Below are positions 39,671-53,600 of a stretch of 64,000 nt of DNA, piece by piece. The stretch lies in NCBI GenBank assembly GCA_951406725.2, contig OX597823.1, positions 39,990,001 through 40,054,000 on the forward strand, written 5' to 3'. The notes under the pieces were generated by a model, which saw only the letters and a list, made by a program, of their open reading frames with translations, had not been told where the DNA came from and did no database searches. The DNA comes from Octopus vulgaris. Taxonomy: Eukaryota. A program made the translations under genes and the position numbers. Each line of letters starts with the position of its first letter. Within the stretch, counting starts at the first letter, position 1.

Positions 39671-40494
39671 TGTTTCACAAGTTCACTTCACAATAACTAA
39701 GTCCCATCGCGTGGCACCTTGGGCAAGTAAATTCTACCACAGTTTTGAATCCACTACAGCCTTGTGACAACATTTTGGTAGACAGAAACACTGTCAAAAC
39801 CTGTCGGATTGACCGTTCCTGCAGTCGGGTGGTAGACACAACCAATTGTCCAGGTGAAACCCAACATACAGTCTTCGGATATTTACATAACGAAGTATCT
39901 AAATAAAGGACTTCCGTGGCGAAAATTCCGATAGAAGAAAAGATGTCATTGTTAAGTCGTTTATATTTTAAGTTTTTCATGGTCTTAGTGGTATCTTTAG
40001 TGGCATCTACTATATAACAAGCATTCAGGCCATGTCTCTGGACCGATTATAACTTCCATTCCATTTCTTCTCACCGATTTTAGATGCTTTAAAACAAATC
40101 TCGAATGCTGTTCTTTCTTGTTTGACGAGACGATAAATGTACGTTAATAGAATATAACGGAGATCTAGCCTGTTAAAAACAATAAAAAGTAAATCGATCA
40201 ACTAGAGTTTATTTTATGTTTAAATTATAGTTTTGCAATAAAACTGTGATTTAAACATAAAAGTTTTACTTTCAATGTTGTGTTCCTGACATTTTAAGTT
40301 GTCAGACTAAATCCAAACTCTCATCAGCTCATAAACCTTCATACAAGATAAATATAATTATAAGTAAGATAAATATAATTATCAATACAGCTAAATATAA
40401 AACTATGACCTTCTCCTCAGAACGGTGGGGTTATTATGGAAACCTTTTACATTACCATATATGTAAAGACTACGTACATAAATACATATTTATA

Positions 40495-40562
<68 letters not shown>

Positions 40563-40593
40563 GGTACGTACGTATGCACACACACACACGCAC

Positions 40594-40619
<26 letters not shown>

Positions 40620-40624
<5 letters not shown>

Positions 40625-40906
40625 TTAGAGACAAAACCACTATTATGCAAATCAAAGAAAGAAAGACTCAATCCAATACATAAAAAATTTTATATAAATT
40701 AAATAAAATTAATTTTATTTAATTTATATAAAATTTTTATGTATTGGATTAAGTCTTTCTTTGTTTGATTTGCATAATAGTGGTTTTGTCTCTAATTAAT
40801 ATTAATATTAATATTAATATTATATTATATTTTACTATAAAATTGGATTCAATCCTAAATCTGATTTTTCCCTGTAAATTTGGATTTATTCCCTAATATT
40901 TATTAT

Positions 40907-40910
<4 letters not shown>
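40620..40910. mobile_element. Spacerless fold-back (40620-40800) plus tail; same family as 62642-63632 but truncated before the ribozyme
   Basis: ttagagacaaaaccactat...atagtggttttgtctctaa palindrome centred near 40710; tail 40830-40905 is the reverse complement of 62645-62722; embedded in (TA)n. Confidence 0.88.
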
Positions 40911-40987
<77 letters not shown>

Positions 40988-41210
40988 CAGTACCGTGCAA
41001 AAGTCTTCTGTCACTTTAAACTATTGTAAATTTCTACTAATTGCCAACTTATAAGTGGATGTTTCGCATTGCATTTTTTACAGATGAAACATTGGTTCTG
41101 TTAGAGTCATTTCCATACCTAATCTTTATATTTTGAAGTAGGGGTTCTGAAAAAGTGGGGAAAATGTGAGACGACCACCAAAAATGGCTGTGCAAAAGTT
41201 TTTGGTCACC
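40988..41210 (+). mobile_element. Tc1-like transposon end with internal direct repeats
   Basis: Starts cagtaccgtgcaaaagt..gtcac; the motif gtgcaaaagt..gtcac recurs at ~41190 (IR/DR-type). Confidence 0.5.
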
Positions 41211-41346
41211 TCACATAAACCAATCAAGATACAGTGTTTAAAAACAGAAAAAAGAAAGAAAGAAAGAGGATGTGAAAAATACAGATACACTAATTCACAC
41301 TGTCATTCTTTTGTACATACTTACATACACACACATACATGCACAC

Positions 41347-41379
<33 letters not shown>

Positions 41380-41409
41380 TTTATGTATGTATGTATGTAT
41401 GTATTTATG

Positions 41410-41443
<34 letters not shown>

Positions 41444-42114
41444 TGTATGTATGTATGTATGTATGTATGTATGTATGTACGTACGTACGTACGAGTTAAA
41501 AGAAGCCCCTTCATGAAATAGTCAAACGTACGTACATATGAAAGCATACATAATATTTTAAAGCAGCTGTTCCCAGCCGTTTTTTTTTTGGGGGGGGCAT
41601 GGCTTTCTCGGGAACTTTCCTCGAGTTTGTACTCCACCTATCCCCAACGAAATTCATCTCTGCAATACAAAACGATAGTCTCTAGATCCGTTCGAACATA
41701 CCTCGCAGGCTGGCAATATGGCTGCCATTACGAATGACTGGGTTAGAGTAATGTTACTGGGAGAATAATACACCGAGTACTGAGCTGACTTTAGACTGAT
41801 TGAGAGAGATCAAGAGAAAGGTGTTTCGTACAATGTATAAATCTATTTAGTGGTTTTTATCGTATTTTTAATGTTTGTCTTTTTTGCTTAGCTACACAAA
41901 AACATATTTTCCGGTTCTTAGAATAAAAGCATTTTAAAATATTGATATACTGGAATTAAAAGGATAAAATATAGTCAGTTCAAAGGAATTTAATGCTTAA
42001 AATTTTTTAAGCGGACAGAATGTTTGTGTCTGTACAAGCACACACGTACGTACGTACGTACGTACGTACGTACGTACGTATGTATGTATGTATGTATGTA
42101 TGTATGTATGTATG

Positions 42115-42145
<31 letters not shown>

Positions 42146-42164
42146 GTATGTATGTATGTATGTT

Positions 42165-42197
<33 letters not shown>

Positions 42198-42202
42198 ATG
42201 TT

Positions 42203-42241
<39 letters not shown>

Positions 42242-42300
42242 GTGTGTATGTATGTATGTTTGTTTGTGTGTGTATGTATGTATGTATGTATGTATGTATG

Positions 42301-42338
<38 letters not shown>

Positions 42339-42369
42339 AAGAAACTATATATAGACTCTATATTAGAGT

Positions 42370-42405
<36 letters not shown>

Positions 42406-42597
42406 AAGGTACATGCATATATTCCCTCCCCAACATATACAAAATATATATAGATGTATATAGATATGTATTTATGTAAGTATAAGCTTACACTCTTATA
42501 AATGCTCTCAATATTTCTTACAATCGATGTATTTTCATAAATTATTCATTGATCTCATATTTATTTATTTTTTCTGCAAGGCTTTATATGACCGTTA

Positions 42598-42671
<74 letters not shown>

Positions 42672-42689
42672 CAATAACAACAATAATAA

Positions 42690-43086
42690 TTTCTTCATAA
42701 GGCACAAGGCCTGAAATTTGTGGGGAGGGGACTACTCGATTTCATTCGATCCCAGTGTTTCACTGGTACTTAATTTATCGACCCCTGAAAGGATGAAAGG
42801 TGAAATGACCTGGGCGGAATTTGAATTCAGTACGTAGCAGCAGACGAAATACCTATTTCTTAACTACCCACAAGGGGCTAAAACACAGAAAGGACAAACA
42901 AGGACAGACATAGGTATTAAGTCGATTACATCGACCCCAGTTCGTAATTGGCACTTATTTAATCGACCCCGAAAGGATGAAAGGCAAAGTCTACCTCGGC
43001 GGAATTTGAACTCAGAACGTAGCGGCAGACGAAATACCGCTAAGCATTTCGCCCGGCGTGCTTAACGTTTCTGCCAGCTCGCCGCC
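42690..43086 (-). mobile_element. SINE family A, full copy joined to a headless short-tail copy
   Basis: Junction aaagaaata|ggtatttcgtctgc on the minus strand at ~42853. Confidence 0.9.
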
Positions 43087-43417
43087 TTTATGTCAACAAC
43101 AACAACAACAACAATTAAAAATTTTGGCACAGGGCCAGCAGACTTATAGGGAGGAATTTAGTCGATATAATCGACTTCAGTACTTGACTGGTACATTATT
43201 TTGTCGAGCTCCAAAAGGACGAAAGGCCAAGTTGACCGCGGATGGATTTGAACTCTCAATATAAAGAGTTGGAAGAAATACAAGGCATTTTTGCTCGACG
43301 TTCCAACTATATATATATAGTTAGATAGATAGATATACTGTTGTGTCTTTTTCTTTTTGTGCCTTATAATATAACACATACACCGGTAAAATTTTCCACT
43401 TATTTCTTTTTATTTTC

Positions 43418-43454
43418 CTAAAATTTTCGTTCCGTCTTGCAACCTTTTCAATAG
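43418..43454 (-). ncRNA. Minimal hammerhead motif, U3:A8 variant, in a TA-adjacent insert (~43383-43470)
   Basis: CUA-UUGAAAA-G-GUUGC(AAGAC)GGAAC-GAAA-AUU-U-UAG; palindromic AAUU stem III. Confidence 0.55.
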
Positions 43455-43488
43455 TCTTGAGTCAAGATTTTATATATATATATATATA

Positions 43489-43890
43489 GGCGTAGGAGTG
43501 GCTGTGTGAAGTACGTAGCTTGCTTACCAACCACATGGCTCGGGGTTCAGTCCCACTGCGTGGCACCTTGGGCAAGTGTCTTCTACTATAGCCTCGGGCC
43601 CACCATAGCCTTGTGAGTGGATTTGGTAGACGGAAACTGAAAGAAGCCCGTCGTATATAATGTATATGTGTGTGTGTGTTTGTGTATCGGTGTTTGTCCC
43701 CCCAACATCGCTTGGCAACCGATGCTGGTGTGTTTACGTCCCCGTAACCTAGCGGTTCAGCAAAAGAGACCGATAGAATAAATACTAGGCTCGCGCAAAG
43801 AATAAGACCTGGTGTCGATTTGCTCGACTAAAGGCGGTGCTCCAGCATGGCCTCGGTCAAATGACTTAAACCAGTAAAAGAGAGTTGAAG
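43489..43890 (+). mobile_element. SINE family B, full length
   Basis: ggcgtaggagtggctgtgtg head, gggttcagtccc B-box-like, internal (TG)n, gtaaaagag tail; other copies near 49930-50300, 54670-54875, 55325-55460 and 56917-57255. Confidence 0.92.
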
Positions 43891-45644
43891 CGTAAAGAGT
43901 ATATATTAATTATATATATATATACACATATAAATATGCACTATATACACGGATTTAAGACAAGATCATAAACGCGATGTGATTTGTTCGTGATCGATAT
44001 GCTCGGTTTAGCTATCCTGCCGAACTAGATCTGATGATTAGTCAGCATCGTAGATAGTGTGAGTCAGTTGGTTTTCCACTCCAAAGTAGCTATACATATA
44101 ATAATAAGGTGAAACACCTAATTTTGTATCCACACAATATCTGTTTCCGATATATTGCAAACAATGGAGCGAACAACTCCTATCTAGCGGCGACAAGACC
44201 AGTGGACTAGTTGGTTTTAGTGTCTTACCCTTCCTCAGTACTGGTACACTTGTCTCCTAGAAATGGCAGTTGTTCAAACGAAATTGATAAAAAAAAAAAA
44301 AAAACACTATAAAAATCCAGTCATATTTTATTGATATGTGATATCAAATAAAGATTTGGTGAATACTAGTTAATATTGCGTCGATGTTTGGCGGGATATT
44401 AATGAGTTTTAGCCTTAAATTATCCACGCTCTTCCAGATTCAGTTCGTTAATAATTCAGCGCACTTAAAGAGCCAAATCGCTTCAGATGTCTATCGACCT
44501 TGGGGTCAATCTTGACTACTTTACCAAACTCTGATTTATACAGACATAGTCGATCACGTGACAAAAGCAACAAATGTTTCTCCATATTCATAGACCAGCA
44601 ATTAAGTGAGCAGAACTAATTAGCTAATGATACTGGTGTATAAGGTGGGGAATTTGACAGAGTCGTTAGAGCATCGGATAGAATGCTTCGCGCTATTTAC
44701 GCCAATGCTTTCAAGTCTGAGTTCAAATCCTATAGAGGCTAATTTTACTTTTTCATCTATTCCGAGGTCGATAAATAAAGTACGATTCGAGGGCAGTGAA
44801 TTGGTGGAATTGGTAGATCATCAGCTAGGATTCCTCGCAATATATGTTCCATCTCTTTGAGTTCTGACAGCAAGGTATGGACTGGGACGGAACTGGTTCC
44901 AAACTGTATTAATGTTGCCTTTCACTTGGGCAACTTGATCAACACCTGTGGCGTGGAGAAGGGGACATTTATGCGAACGGTTAACTGCTGGTCTTCTCCA
45001 AACACCACAAAATTTTGCCCAGACCTGCACCTAGGGGAGGGACTATCAAAGTGGAGGTACCCATGTCGTCTCTAATAGAAGATAATGACCATTGAGGGTT
45101 GATAAGATTAAACATCAAAGAAACTAAATATGTATAAAGACCATCTAATATATAAGAAGAGTCAAGTGCTTTTAGCCGTTGAGTTATGATGGAAGTGTAG
45201 AGCCCATGACCTTTTTAGCCCCCCCCCCCCCCGAGACCTGATGAGCTTTATACTGATAAGGTTCCACTTAAAGTATTTTGGGTAAACACTTGCAAGAAAG
45301 ATATGAGTAGGGATCAGATTCCAGAGGGATGATATTCAGGGGAGAAAAGAGAGGGGTTAATGATAAATGTGAGATTGAGGAGGCTAGATGCAAATAAGAC
45401 TGATGGTTGTCATATGACGTTGGAGAGGACAAACACTGATACACACACACATATGTGCGTGGTTCTCATACGGTGGGCTCGCATGCAGTTTCCTTTAACC
45501 AAATTCACTCTCAAGGCATTGTCTGAGGTTATAGTAAAAGATACTTATTCATGATGTCCTTAACTGCACAGTCATGCCTACACCTATACAAATGCGAAAA
45601 TAGAGTGGAAAAGGCAAGCCACCGGATTTGGTTAAAAAGAGACG

Positions 45645-45862
45645 ATGAGCAATGGCTAGAAGAGTATTGAGCGAAACTTAGTAACCAGTTGATCTAGCAA
45701 GCGGGGTCTCATCTCAGTGAAGGGAGCTGGCGTGCAATAATGCTGTCGAGAGGAAGGCCCTGAAACGGTATAGATTCTCTCTTGATGATCCCATAACCTT
45801 GCTAGCATCCGGTATATTGAATCTTCAACAGGTAGCGCTTGCACTAGTAAGTTGTTTACCAA
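45645..45862. repeat. Second copy of the 1290-1505 repeat
   Basis: Colinear similarity. Confidence 0.8.
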
Positions 45863-46134
45863 AACAAAGCTAATATAATATAATTCCTAGCACGTATGTT
45901 TCTTGGCTCAATTTGGATTCCGAATGGCTCAGACTCAAATTAAATTCCTATGCTACAAACTTAAGTTAAGAAGAACTAGTTTGAGAATAATATTTTTGGG
46001 GTGGAACTTACATCGTCCCTCAAACTGTGTGAATACCGTTTTGTGAAATACCACAGAAACATCCCAGAAAATCTTGAATAATCTTGTGTTATTTGATGTA
46101 TTTAAAAGCCTCATTAATCGGAGGTCATGGGATG

Positions 46135-46194
46135 GTCACCTTCCTGATGTATGTCACCTTCCTGATGTATGTCACCTTCCTGATGTATGTCACC
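46135..46194. repeat. 18-bp minisatellite, 3.3 copies
   Basis: gtcaccttcctgatgtat repeated exactly. Confidence 0.95.
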
Positions 46195-48397
46195 AGGATG
46201 TATATTTGTATATTTATAGTGGCAAGTTTAATTCTTGTGATCATTTAATAACTTAATTCAAAATTAAATGGTCACACATAATCCTCATGGGTTATTCGAC
46301 GATTCTAGATTGACTCTCAGAAATTCTATTTTAGCCTGTTCATGTCACATCAATCTAACACGTGTGTTAATTAGTTTAATAAAGCAAGCTAAGCCGACAG
46401 CAACAGGCTGACAGAGTTGTTAGAAAGTCCGATGGAATGTCTCACAGTATTTTCTCTGAATTTTTGGACTCGGAGTTCAAATCCCGTGGGGCTAACTTTT
46501 TTTCTCTTTCTTTTGAGATCGATAAAGAGGACCCCTTCAAAGCAGTGAGTTGGAGGAATCACAAGGAGTAGGGTAGGGGTCGAGATGCCTTGCAGTATCT
46601 GTTTCAGTTATTTTGCAATCTGACTGTAACAACTGCGACCACGCTGGCACCAAGCTGTATCAGTGTAAGTTGGTGGCCTTTCCCTGGGATAAACAGTGTA
46701 ATGGAGAGAGTAGTCTTGTACATATGGGCAACTGCCAGACTATCTAGCAAAAAACAAGTAAACAAAAAAAACCCAAGTGAGCTCTGCACATAGATGAACA
46801 GATGTACTGCCACTCTTGATCGATGGAGGTACCACCTACCCACCAACCCGTCCGTCCGTCCGTCCATCCATCCAACCATGTATACATGCATGCATAATAG
46901 TGTTATTCGTCATATGACGGGTAACTTTAAAAGTATACTTATAAGACACAAGAAATCCGCTATTCTCACCAATACAAATTCCTAAAAAATAAATAAATAA
47001 AAGCTGCCTGATGAGTTTAATGTATTTACCTCTATTTATGTCATGCTGACGATTTTCAATAAGAATGAAATGGCGTTACACATGATTACCCAAGAGAAAA
47101 ATTTTAAGACATTTTTAATGACTAAGCAAAAGTAAATAAATATGTCTACTCTACGCATCTTCTTCCTAGTTCTTCGATTTAAAATCCAAACTTCCAGTCC
47201 TGCCAAGATTTATCTAGAAATGATATCTCCCTTAAAATAACTGGCCACCGGAGCACACCACGCTAGTAATGTTGCTATACCATAAACGAGATAATAAACT
47301 GTACATACTGAACTCCGGTTATTGGATCCGGAAGACAATAGTCCAACTGGGTACTTAATGTCCGTCTGAGTAAAGTGAATACATTTATTAGCAATCAGTT
47401 CTCCGGATGAGTTTCATCCATGATGATTTAATTTTTTACAAGCCTCCATTTTTAGTTAGTCCGCTACATTCAGAATACTTCACTTCCGGAAGGTAATACA
47501 AATATGTCGGCTACATCTAAAGTTTATAACGGTTACTAAAATCCTTATGATCTAAAATAGAATATGGTATTGGAATTGAGACAAAAAGTATTTGCATAAT
47601 TTTTTTTAAAACACCAAACCTTTCAGCATCACATTTATACAGAATTGATTGGCTAATTGCTGCATTTTTTTTTTTTTCGATTTTGACTAAAACAAATAAT
47701 GTAGCATAAAAATTGGCCATTGATTCAATTCGATCTGAATAAAGTGATTTCTGAAAGCTTCCGTTTCCACGATGAGTTAAAATGACAATCAGTCAGTAAC
47801 TTGATGTTTACAAACAAACCAATGGTAAAAGAGCCAAATATTTTCACTTAACTGTTATCATTCCGATCAATGAAACAAAAGTTCAAATCCGAAAGTATCT
47901 TTATTTTATTTTTAATTTGTGGAAATTACATTTTTTTTCTAATTTTATAATAATTCTGCTTGTCACCCCTTTACTTAGCCCGTCCACAATGCTTCCACGT
48001 GATTAATTGAAGGGGGAGGGGAGGTAGAGGAGTGTGAAATGTGTAAATTTTTTGCTTTTAATTATGTTTTTCCGTTACATAGGCCATCTGTAACGCTTTC
48101 ACGTGATAAGTTGAAGAGGAAGTTGAAGAGCAAAAAAAAAAAAAAAAAAAGAGGGTAAGGCGAAGAGTAAGAGAGAAAGAGGGAGAGTGGTGTGTATTAA
48201 GTCTATAAAATTGTGCATAAAGTATATAAAGTGTATACATAAAGTGCATTAAGTAATCATTGTATTCCAATTTCCCTCACTTTTCAATGATTAGCAGATG
48301 GACGACTATCTTATGATACAGACACAACACAAGTAAGCTACGCTCAGGTTTATTTGTATAAGGTTTTCAGAAATAACCAATAAATTTACCATCAATT

Positions 48398-48424
48398 CCG
48401 TGAAATATTCACGGGTCCCGCTAG
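48398..48424 (+). mobile_element. Helitron-type 3' end (related end at 60087-60113, minus strand)
   Basis: Hairpin ccgtgaa-atat-tcacgg followed by CTAG|T. Confidence 0.55.
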
Positions 48425-51400
48425 TAAATGCGATTTCATTCTATAGAAAGTATATAAAGAAAGACAATTTTGAACCAAAATTGTATATATAGTTTGTTTT
48501 CATTGACGATTATATTTAAGTAGGAAATTAACAGAAGCGTTAGAGCGTCGAGCAAAATGCTTTGTGATATTTATTCCGGCTCTTTATAGTCTCACTTCAA
48601 ATCGTATTAGCGTCAACTTTGTTTTTTCTACTTTCGAGGTTAAAAAAATAAACTACCATCCAAGTACTGGGTTGATGGTACCGACCGTTCCCAGCCCTCA
48701 AAATTGTTAGCCTTGTGCCTAAATTGGAAGCAATTATCGAGTATATTAATTAGAACGGGAGATTCAGAGCAGGATTTGTTCCGATTCTTTATGCTCTTGA
48801 GTTCTTCCTAATCCTGCCGATGTCAGTATCGAAGAGTAGTGAAAAAATGTATAGGTGGAGGAAGAGGGGAGAATAAGTCAAACAATTTTCATTCTTTCAG
48901 GGTCAATAGAATGAAATACCAGTCAACTACTGGGTATCAGCATAAGCGACTTACTCTTTCCTTACTTTAGAAACAATCACTGTCTGTCTTGGACTCAATT
49001 ACAGTTTCTTTTTTTGAACTTAATAATTCTTTCTGATTTAGGCACAGGGCCAGATATTTTGAGGGAAAGGGGTTCAGTTGATTATATTAACTCTAATACT
49101 TGACTGGTACTTCACTGTTTTTTACGCCAGAGGGATGAAAGGCTTAGCAGACCTCGGCGGGATTTGAAACTAGAATGTAAAGAGCTGGTTCACATAATGT
49201 AAGGCATTTTGTCCGAAGATCCGATCAGCCTAACGTCCTAATGGTTCTTGATTTAAGCAGAAGACCAGCAACTTTAAAGAGAGGCGGAGTTCGTCGATTA
49301 CATCGATCCCAGTACTCAAGTAGTACATGTTTCATCGACCCCGAAAGGATGAAAGGCAAAATCGACCTCGGCGGAATTTGAACCCTAAACGCCAAGACGG
49401 ACGAAACACCACTAAGCATTTTGTCCGGTGCGATAACAATTCTGCTAGCTTTGTTGCTGTATGGATTTCTCAACAATAACAACTTACTGGCCCCTAAATT
49501 CTAATCAATATCTAACTCCAAGTGTATGGAAGTCATTAATAGGGTTTACATCAATGTGGCTAATTTAAGATTATCAAAGACCATATGGAGAAGCAGCAAG
49601 TGAAACAATAACAACGCTGATGATAATAGTGCAAAAAAAAAAAAAGCAACGTTTGAGTGGGAGGCACATGTGTATTGTGTCTACACTAAATTACTAATTA
49701 AATAGAAGCGCTTTGATATTTAGTTTCATTACATAATCCGTCTATATTTAACAAGATCATAATAACTTACAGCAGAGTTGTCGAATAGCAATAGCTGTCT
49801 TTAACCGCGTGGAGAAAGAAAACGACAAGGAATTGAGTGGGTTTTTATGTATTTTTAACTATTAGCGTGTTTCGTGTACCGAGAATCATTATTTTCTATA
49901 TTCTGTTAACTTCTTTTATCTAATTCAGACAATCTATGCTGGGGCACTTCCTTGAAGGGTTTTGGTCGAACAATTCGACCCCAGTACTTTCTTTTTCTAG
50001 AACTCATATAGAACTTTTAAAGAACTTACACTATAGGGTCTCTTTTGTCGAACCGTCAAGTTACGGGGACATAAACAAACAAACAAAGTTTGTCAAGCAA
50101 TGGGTAAAGCAAATACAGACACACATACACTTATAAACGACGGGCTTCCACATAATTTCCGTTTACCAAATTCACTCACAAGGCATTGATCAGCCTGGGG
50201 CTATATTAAAAGGCAATTACCCAGGGTGCTGCGCTGTGGGACAGAACCCCAAACCACATAATTGCAAAGCGAGCTTCTTAACCGCACAGCCATTCCTGTG
50301 CCCACAAAATTCTTAGTTTCCGCTTTGTTAAATTTTTGCACCTCTGTGCCGTTTCCTTCTCCACGAGGTAATAAATAACTGCCTTTCCCCCAAAATCCGA
50401 CTCACTAATTAACGACAAATATATTGGAATTTTGTAATTTATCGCTTGCTCTGCGAATTCGATTAATTGCATAAAAAGTTCGATTGCCGAGGCTATGCAC
50501 TTATACAGCAACAACTGAAAAATTACATTCAAGCAAGATCACATCTGATCTGCAGATAATCTCACCACCTCAAATTAATTATCTTTCTTTAACTCCTATC
50601 TCTTTATTCAACTGACGTATCTCCCTCCTTTTCTATTCCCTTCTCCCCCCCTCTCTCTCTCTCACCTATCCTTTACATCTGAAGTAAAGAATTAAATCAA
50701 GCAAAAATTTTCCTGACTCACTTTATTACACAGAAACGAACCAGGTTTTTCCTTCATCGAAAGGCTCCTAACAAATGTAATTATATATTGCATAATTTAC
50801 TTACATATTTACGCACAAGTGCAAACGCACCAAGCATCCGTCCCAACAGACATGTACGCGTGCGTACGTGGGTGTGATAGCGTGTGAGTTTGCAGGCACG
50901 AACCATTCCCCGAATGACTGACTGACTCTACACTATCATTTCTCTGAGACACCCCGTTTTTATCTCCCTACCCCTCTCTGTTCCTAACGACCCGTGGTTC
51001 ACTATTAGCTATCCTCTACGCCAATGACAACAACATAACGCTTCATATCCCTTATCTTTTCCATCCCAGATTTCTGATACGATAATCAGATAATAATTTA
51101 ATAACTCTAAAATGTTAAATATTACAGATTTCGAAGATCGTGCTGTACCGTTCCCTCGTTTCCTCATTTTTTTTACAATCTGACCCATTATCCTAGCCCG
51201 AAGAATTTGATTATTTTTAGAATGAAAAAATACTTTTAGGACCGTCAGGGATTTAGAGTGGGTCCCAAGACAACTGAAAACAGCGAGGTCGTTAAATAAT
51301 ATATCGGTGTTGCGGGAGAATTGAGGGAATCGGCCAGACGAGATGCTTTGCGGTATGTGCTCCGATTCTTCACACACCGGTAGAAACACACACGGTGTTC

Positions 51401-51999
51401 AAACCCCACCGTGGTTTACGTAGGTGGTAGACTTAATTTAAGGTGGCGAACTGGTAGGATCGTTAGCACGTCGGACAAAGTGCTTCGCGGCATTTCTTCC
51501 AGTTTTTCACCTCCTGAGTTCAATTGTAGCCGATTTCAAAATTGTCTATCATCACTTCGGGGTCGATAAAATAAGGTACCAGTCAAGCACTGGAGTCGAT
51601 GTAATCGACTTGTCCCCACTCTTCTAAACTGCAGGCCTTGAACCCTGTAACGAACCGGTCTCCTCTTCAGGAATAAAGTTGAGATCTCGGTCACATATAC
51701 ATACATCATACATACATACAAAACCGGGTTATTGGCACTATGAGTCTCGAGAAAAAAAAAAAGAAAAAAGAAAAAAAGGGGTTTAATCTGTCGCTTAGTT
51801 TAACACCGCCAACTCGTTCTCTGGTAACTCTAGCAGAATCTCCTCAACTGGATGCTTTCAGGCGAGGATTCTAGTTTGAGGATACTTCTTTGTTCCCATC
51901 AATGGCTTCAGAAAACTTATAAACAACCATGCACACTGCATTTCCCTCATAGCTTAGCATTAATAAATATCTAAATAAATAAATAATAAATTCTTTTCT

Positions 52000-52375
52000 T
52001 TTTTCTACTCTACACACAAGGTCCACAATTTCGGGGGAGGGGACAGTCGATTAGATCGCAACTGGTATTTAATTTAGCGATCTCGAAAGGATGAAAGGCA
52101 AAGTCGACCTCGACGGAATTTGAACTCAGAACGTAACGGCAGACGAAATACCTATTTCTTTACAAGGGGCTAAACACAGAGAGGACAAACGAGGACAGAC
52201 AAACGGATCAAGTCGATTACATCGACCCAGTGCGCAACTGGTACTTAATTTATCGACCCCAAAAGGATGAAAGGCAAAGTCGACCTCGGTGGAATTTGAA
52301 CTCAGAACGTAACGGCAGACGAAATACGGCTACGCATTTCGCCCGGCGTGCTAACGTTTCTACCAGCTCGCCGCC
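52000..52375 (-). mobile_element. SINE family A, full copy joined to a headless short-tail copy
   Basis: Junction aaagaaata|ggtatttcgtctgccg at ~52152. Confidence 0.9.
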
Positions 52376-52668
52376 ATAAATAATAAATTCTAGGATAGCG
52401 GTACCGTCTTTTGATCGAAGACAATACGTGGGGTGCAAAACATATATCCCGTTGATATCCTTCGAAACAATAACACCGAAACTGTGCAGTCTACACCGGC
52501 TGGCTTTTCATCAGTCACTCCAAAACTATTTTGCCACAGAATTCTTATACGATTGGCCTAAATCGTGGAGCCTATTCCTGTATTTTCTGGACCATCATCA
52601 CCTTCGACTTAATTCTAATAAGACAAGTTAAATCAAACAAAACTTGTTTTTGAGAGTGAATTTATTCA

Positions 52669-52755
<87 letters not shown>

Positions 52756-52774
52756 ACTTACACACAAATATGAC

Positions 52775-52861
<87 letters not shown>

Positions 52862-52905
52862 TATATATATAAATAATATATATATATATAAATAATATAT
52901 ATATA

Positions 52906-52978
<73 letters not shown>

Positions 52979-53113
52979 TAAGAGAGTGGTCACTATATGG
53001 CTCACTCTAGCACTAGTAAATCCAAAAGGTTTCAACCACAAAAATACATGTTTCCACTTGGTGTTGAATAGATATACTATTAAATTAGTATCTAATTCTC
53101 TCACCCTTATTAA

Positions 53114-53168
<55 letters not shown>

Positions 53169-53191
53169 CACCTGTAAAAATATTATTTATA

Positions 53192-53600
53192 TACCTGTAA
53201 AAATAATTATTCGGTAGCCATGATAAAACTCCGAGTTTTGGATGTCGGGGCGGAAACCCGGACCGGCATCCCTTCAGTTATCGGGCCATCAAAAAATGCA
53301 ATGAAAATGACCGTTAAACAGGGGGAAATTACTATGTGATTGACCGTTATTAAGACATAAGAGCTATTAGAATGACCGCTAAATAGGGGAAAGGGAGTAA
53401 AAATGCTCACAGCAATCGCGTAAGTGCGCTTGTATGGACAGGCGCGCTTACGCAATTGAAGAGATGCCGATGCGGCTTTCTGCCCCGATATCCGAAACTC
53501 GGAGTTTTATCATGGCTACCGAATAATTCTCACGTTATTTTTACAGATAAATTCCTCTATTTACATAATATCGAGGTCTCTTTCATTCTTTTGTTGTCAT
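53192..53600. mobile_element. Fold-back element (arms ~53205-53277 and 53457-53528 plus tail) with hammerhead-like arms
   Basis: Inverted arms beside (TA)n; tail ttcctctatttacataata..gaggtctctttc also at 4993-5040. Confidence 0.8.
53222..53282 (-). ncRNA. Degenerate hammerhead motif (mirror copy 53456-53511, plus strand)
   Basis: GAUAA-CUGAAG-GGAUG...CAUCC-AAAA(GAAA in the other arm)-CUCGGAGU-U-UUAUC; 5-bp stem I; the two arms carry different lesions. Confidence 0.55.

Noticed and set aside
44821-45075. Coding-like segment (RHGYLHFDS...ELKEMEHILRG on the minus strand)
   Set aside because: Contains a stop and no recognisable family; probably an old retroelement fragment but not supportable.
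47040-47085. CUGACGA...GAAA motif
   Set aside because: Stems II and III are too weak and there is no element context.
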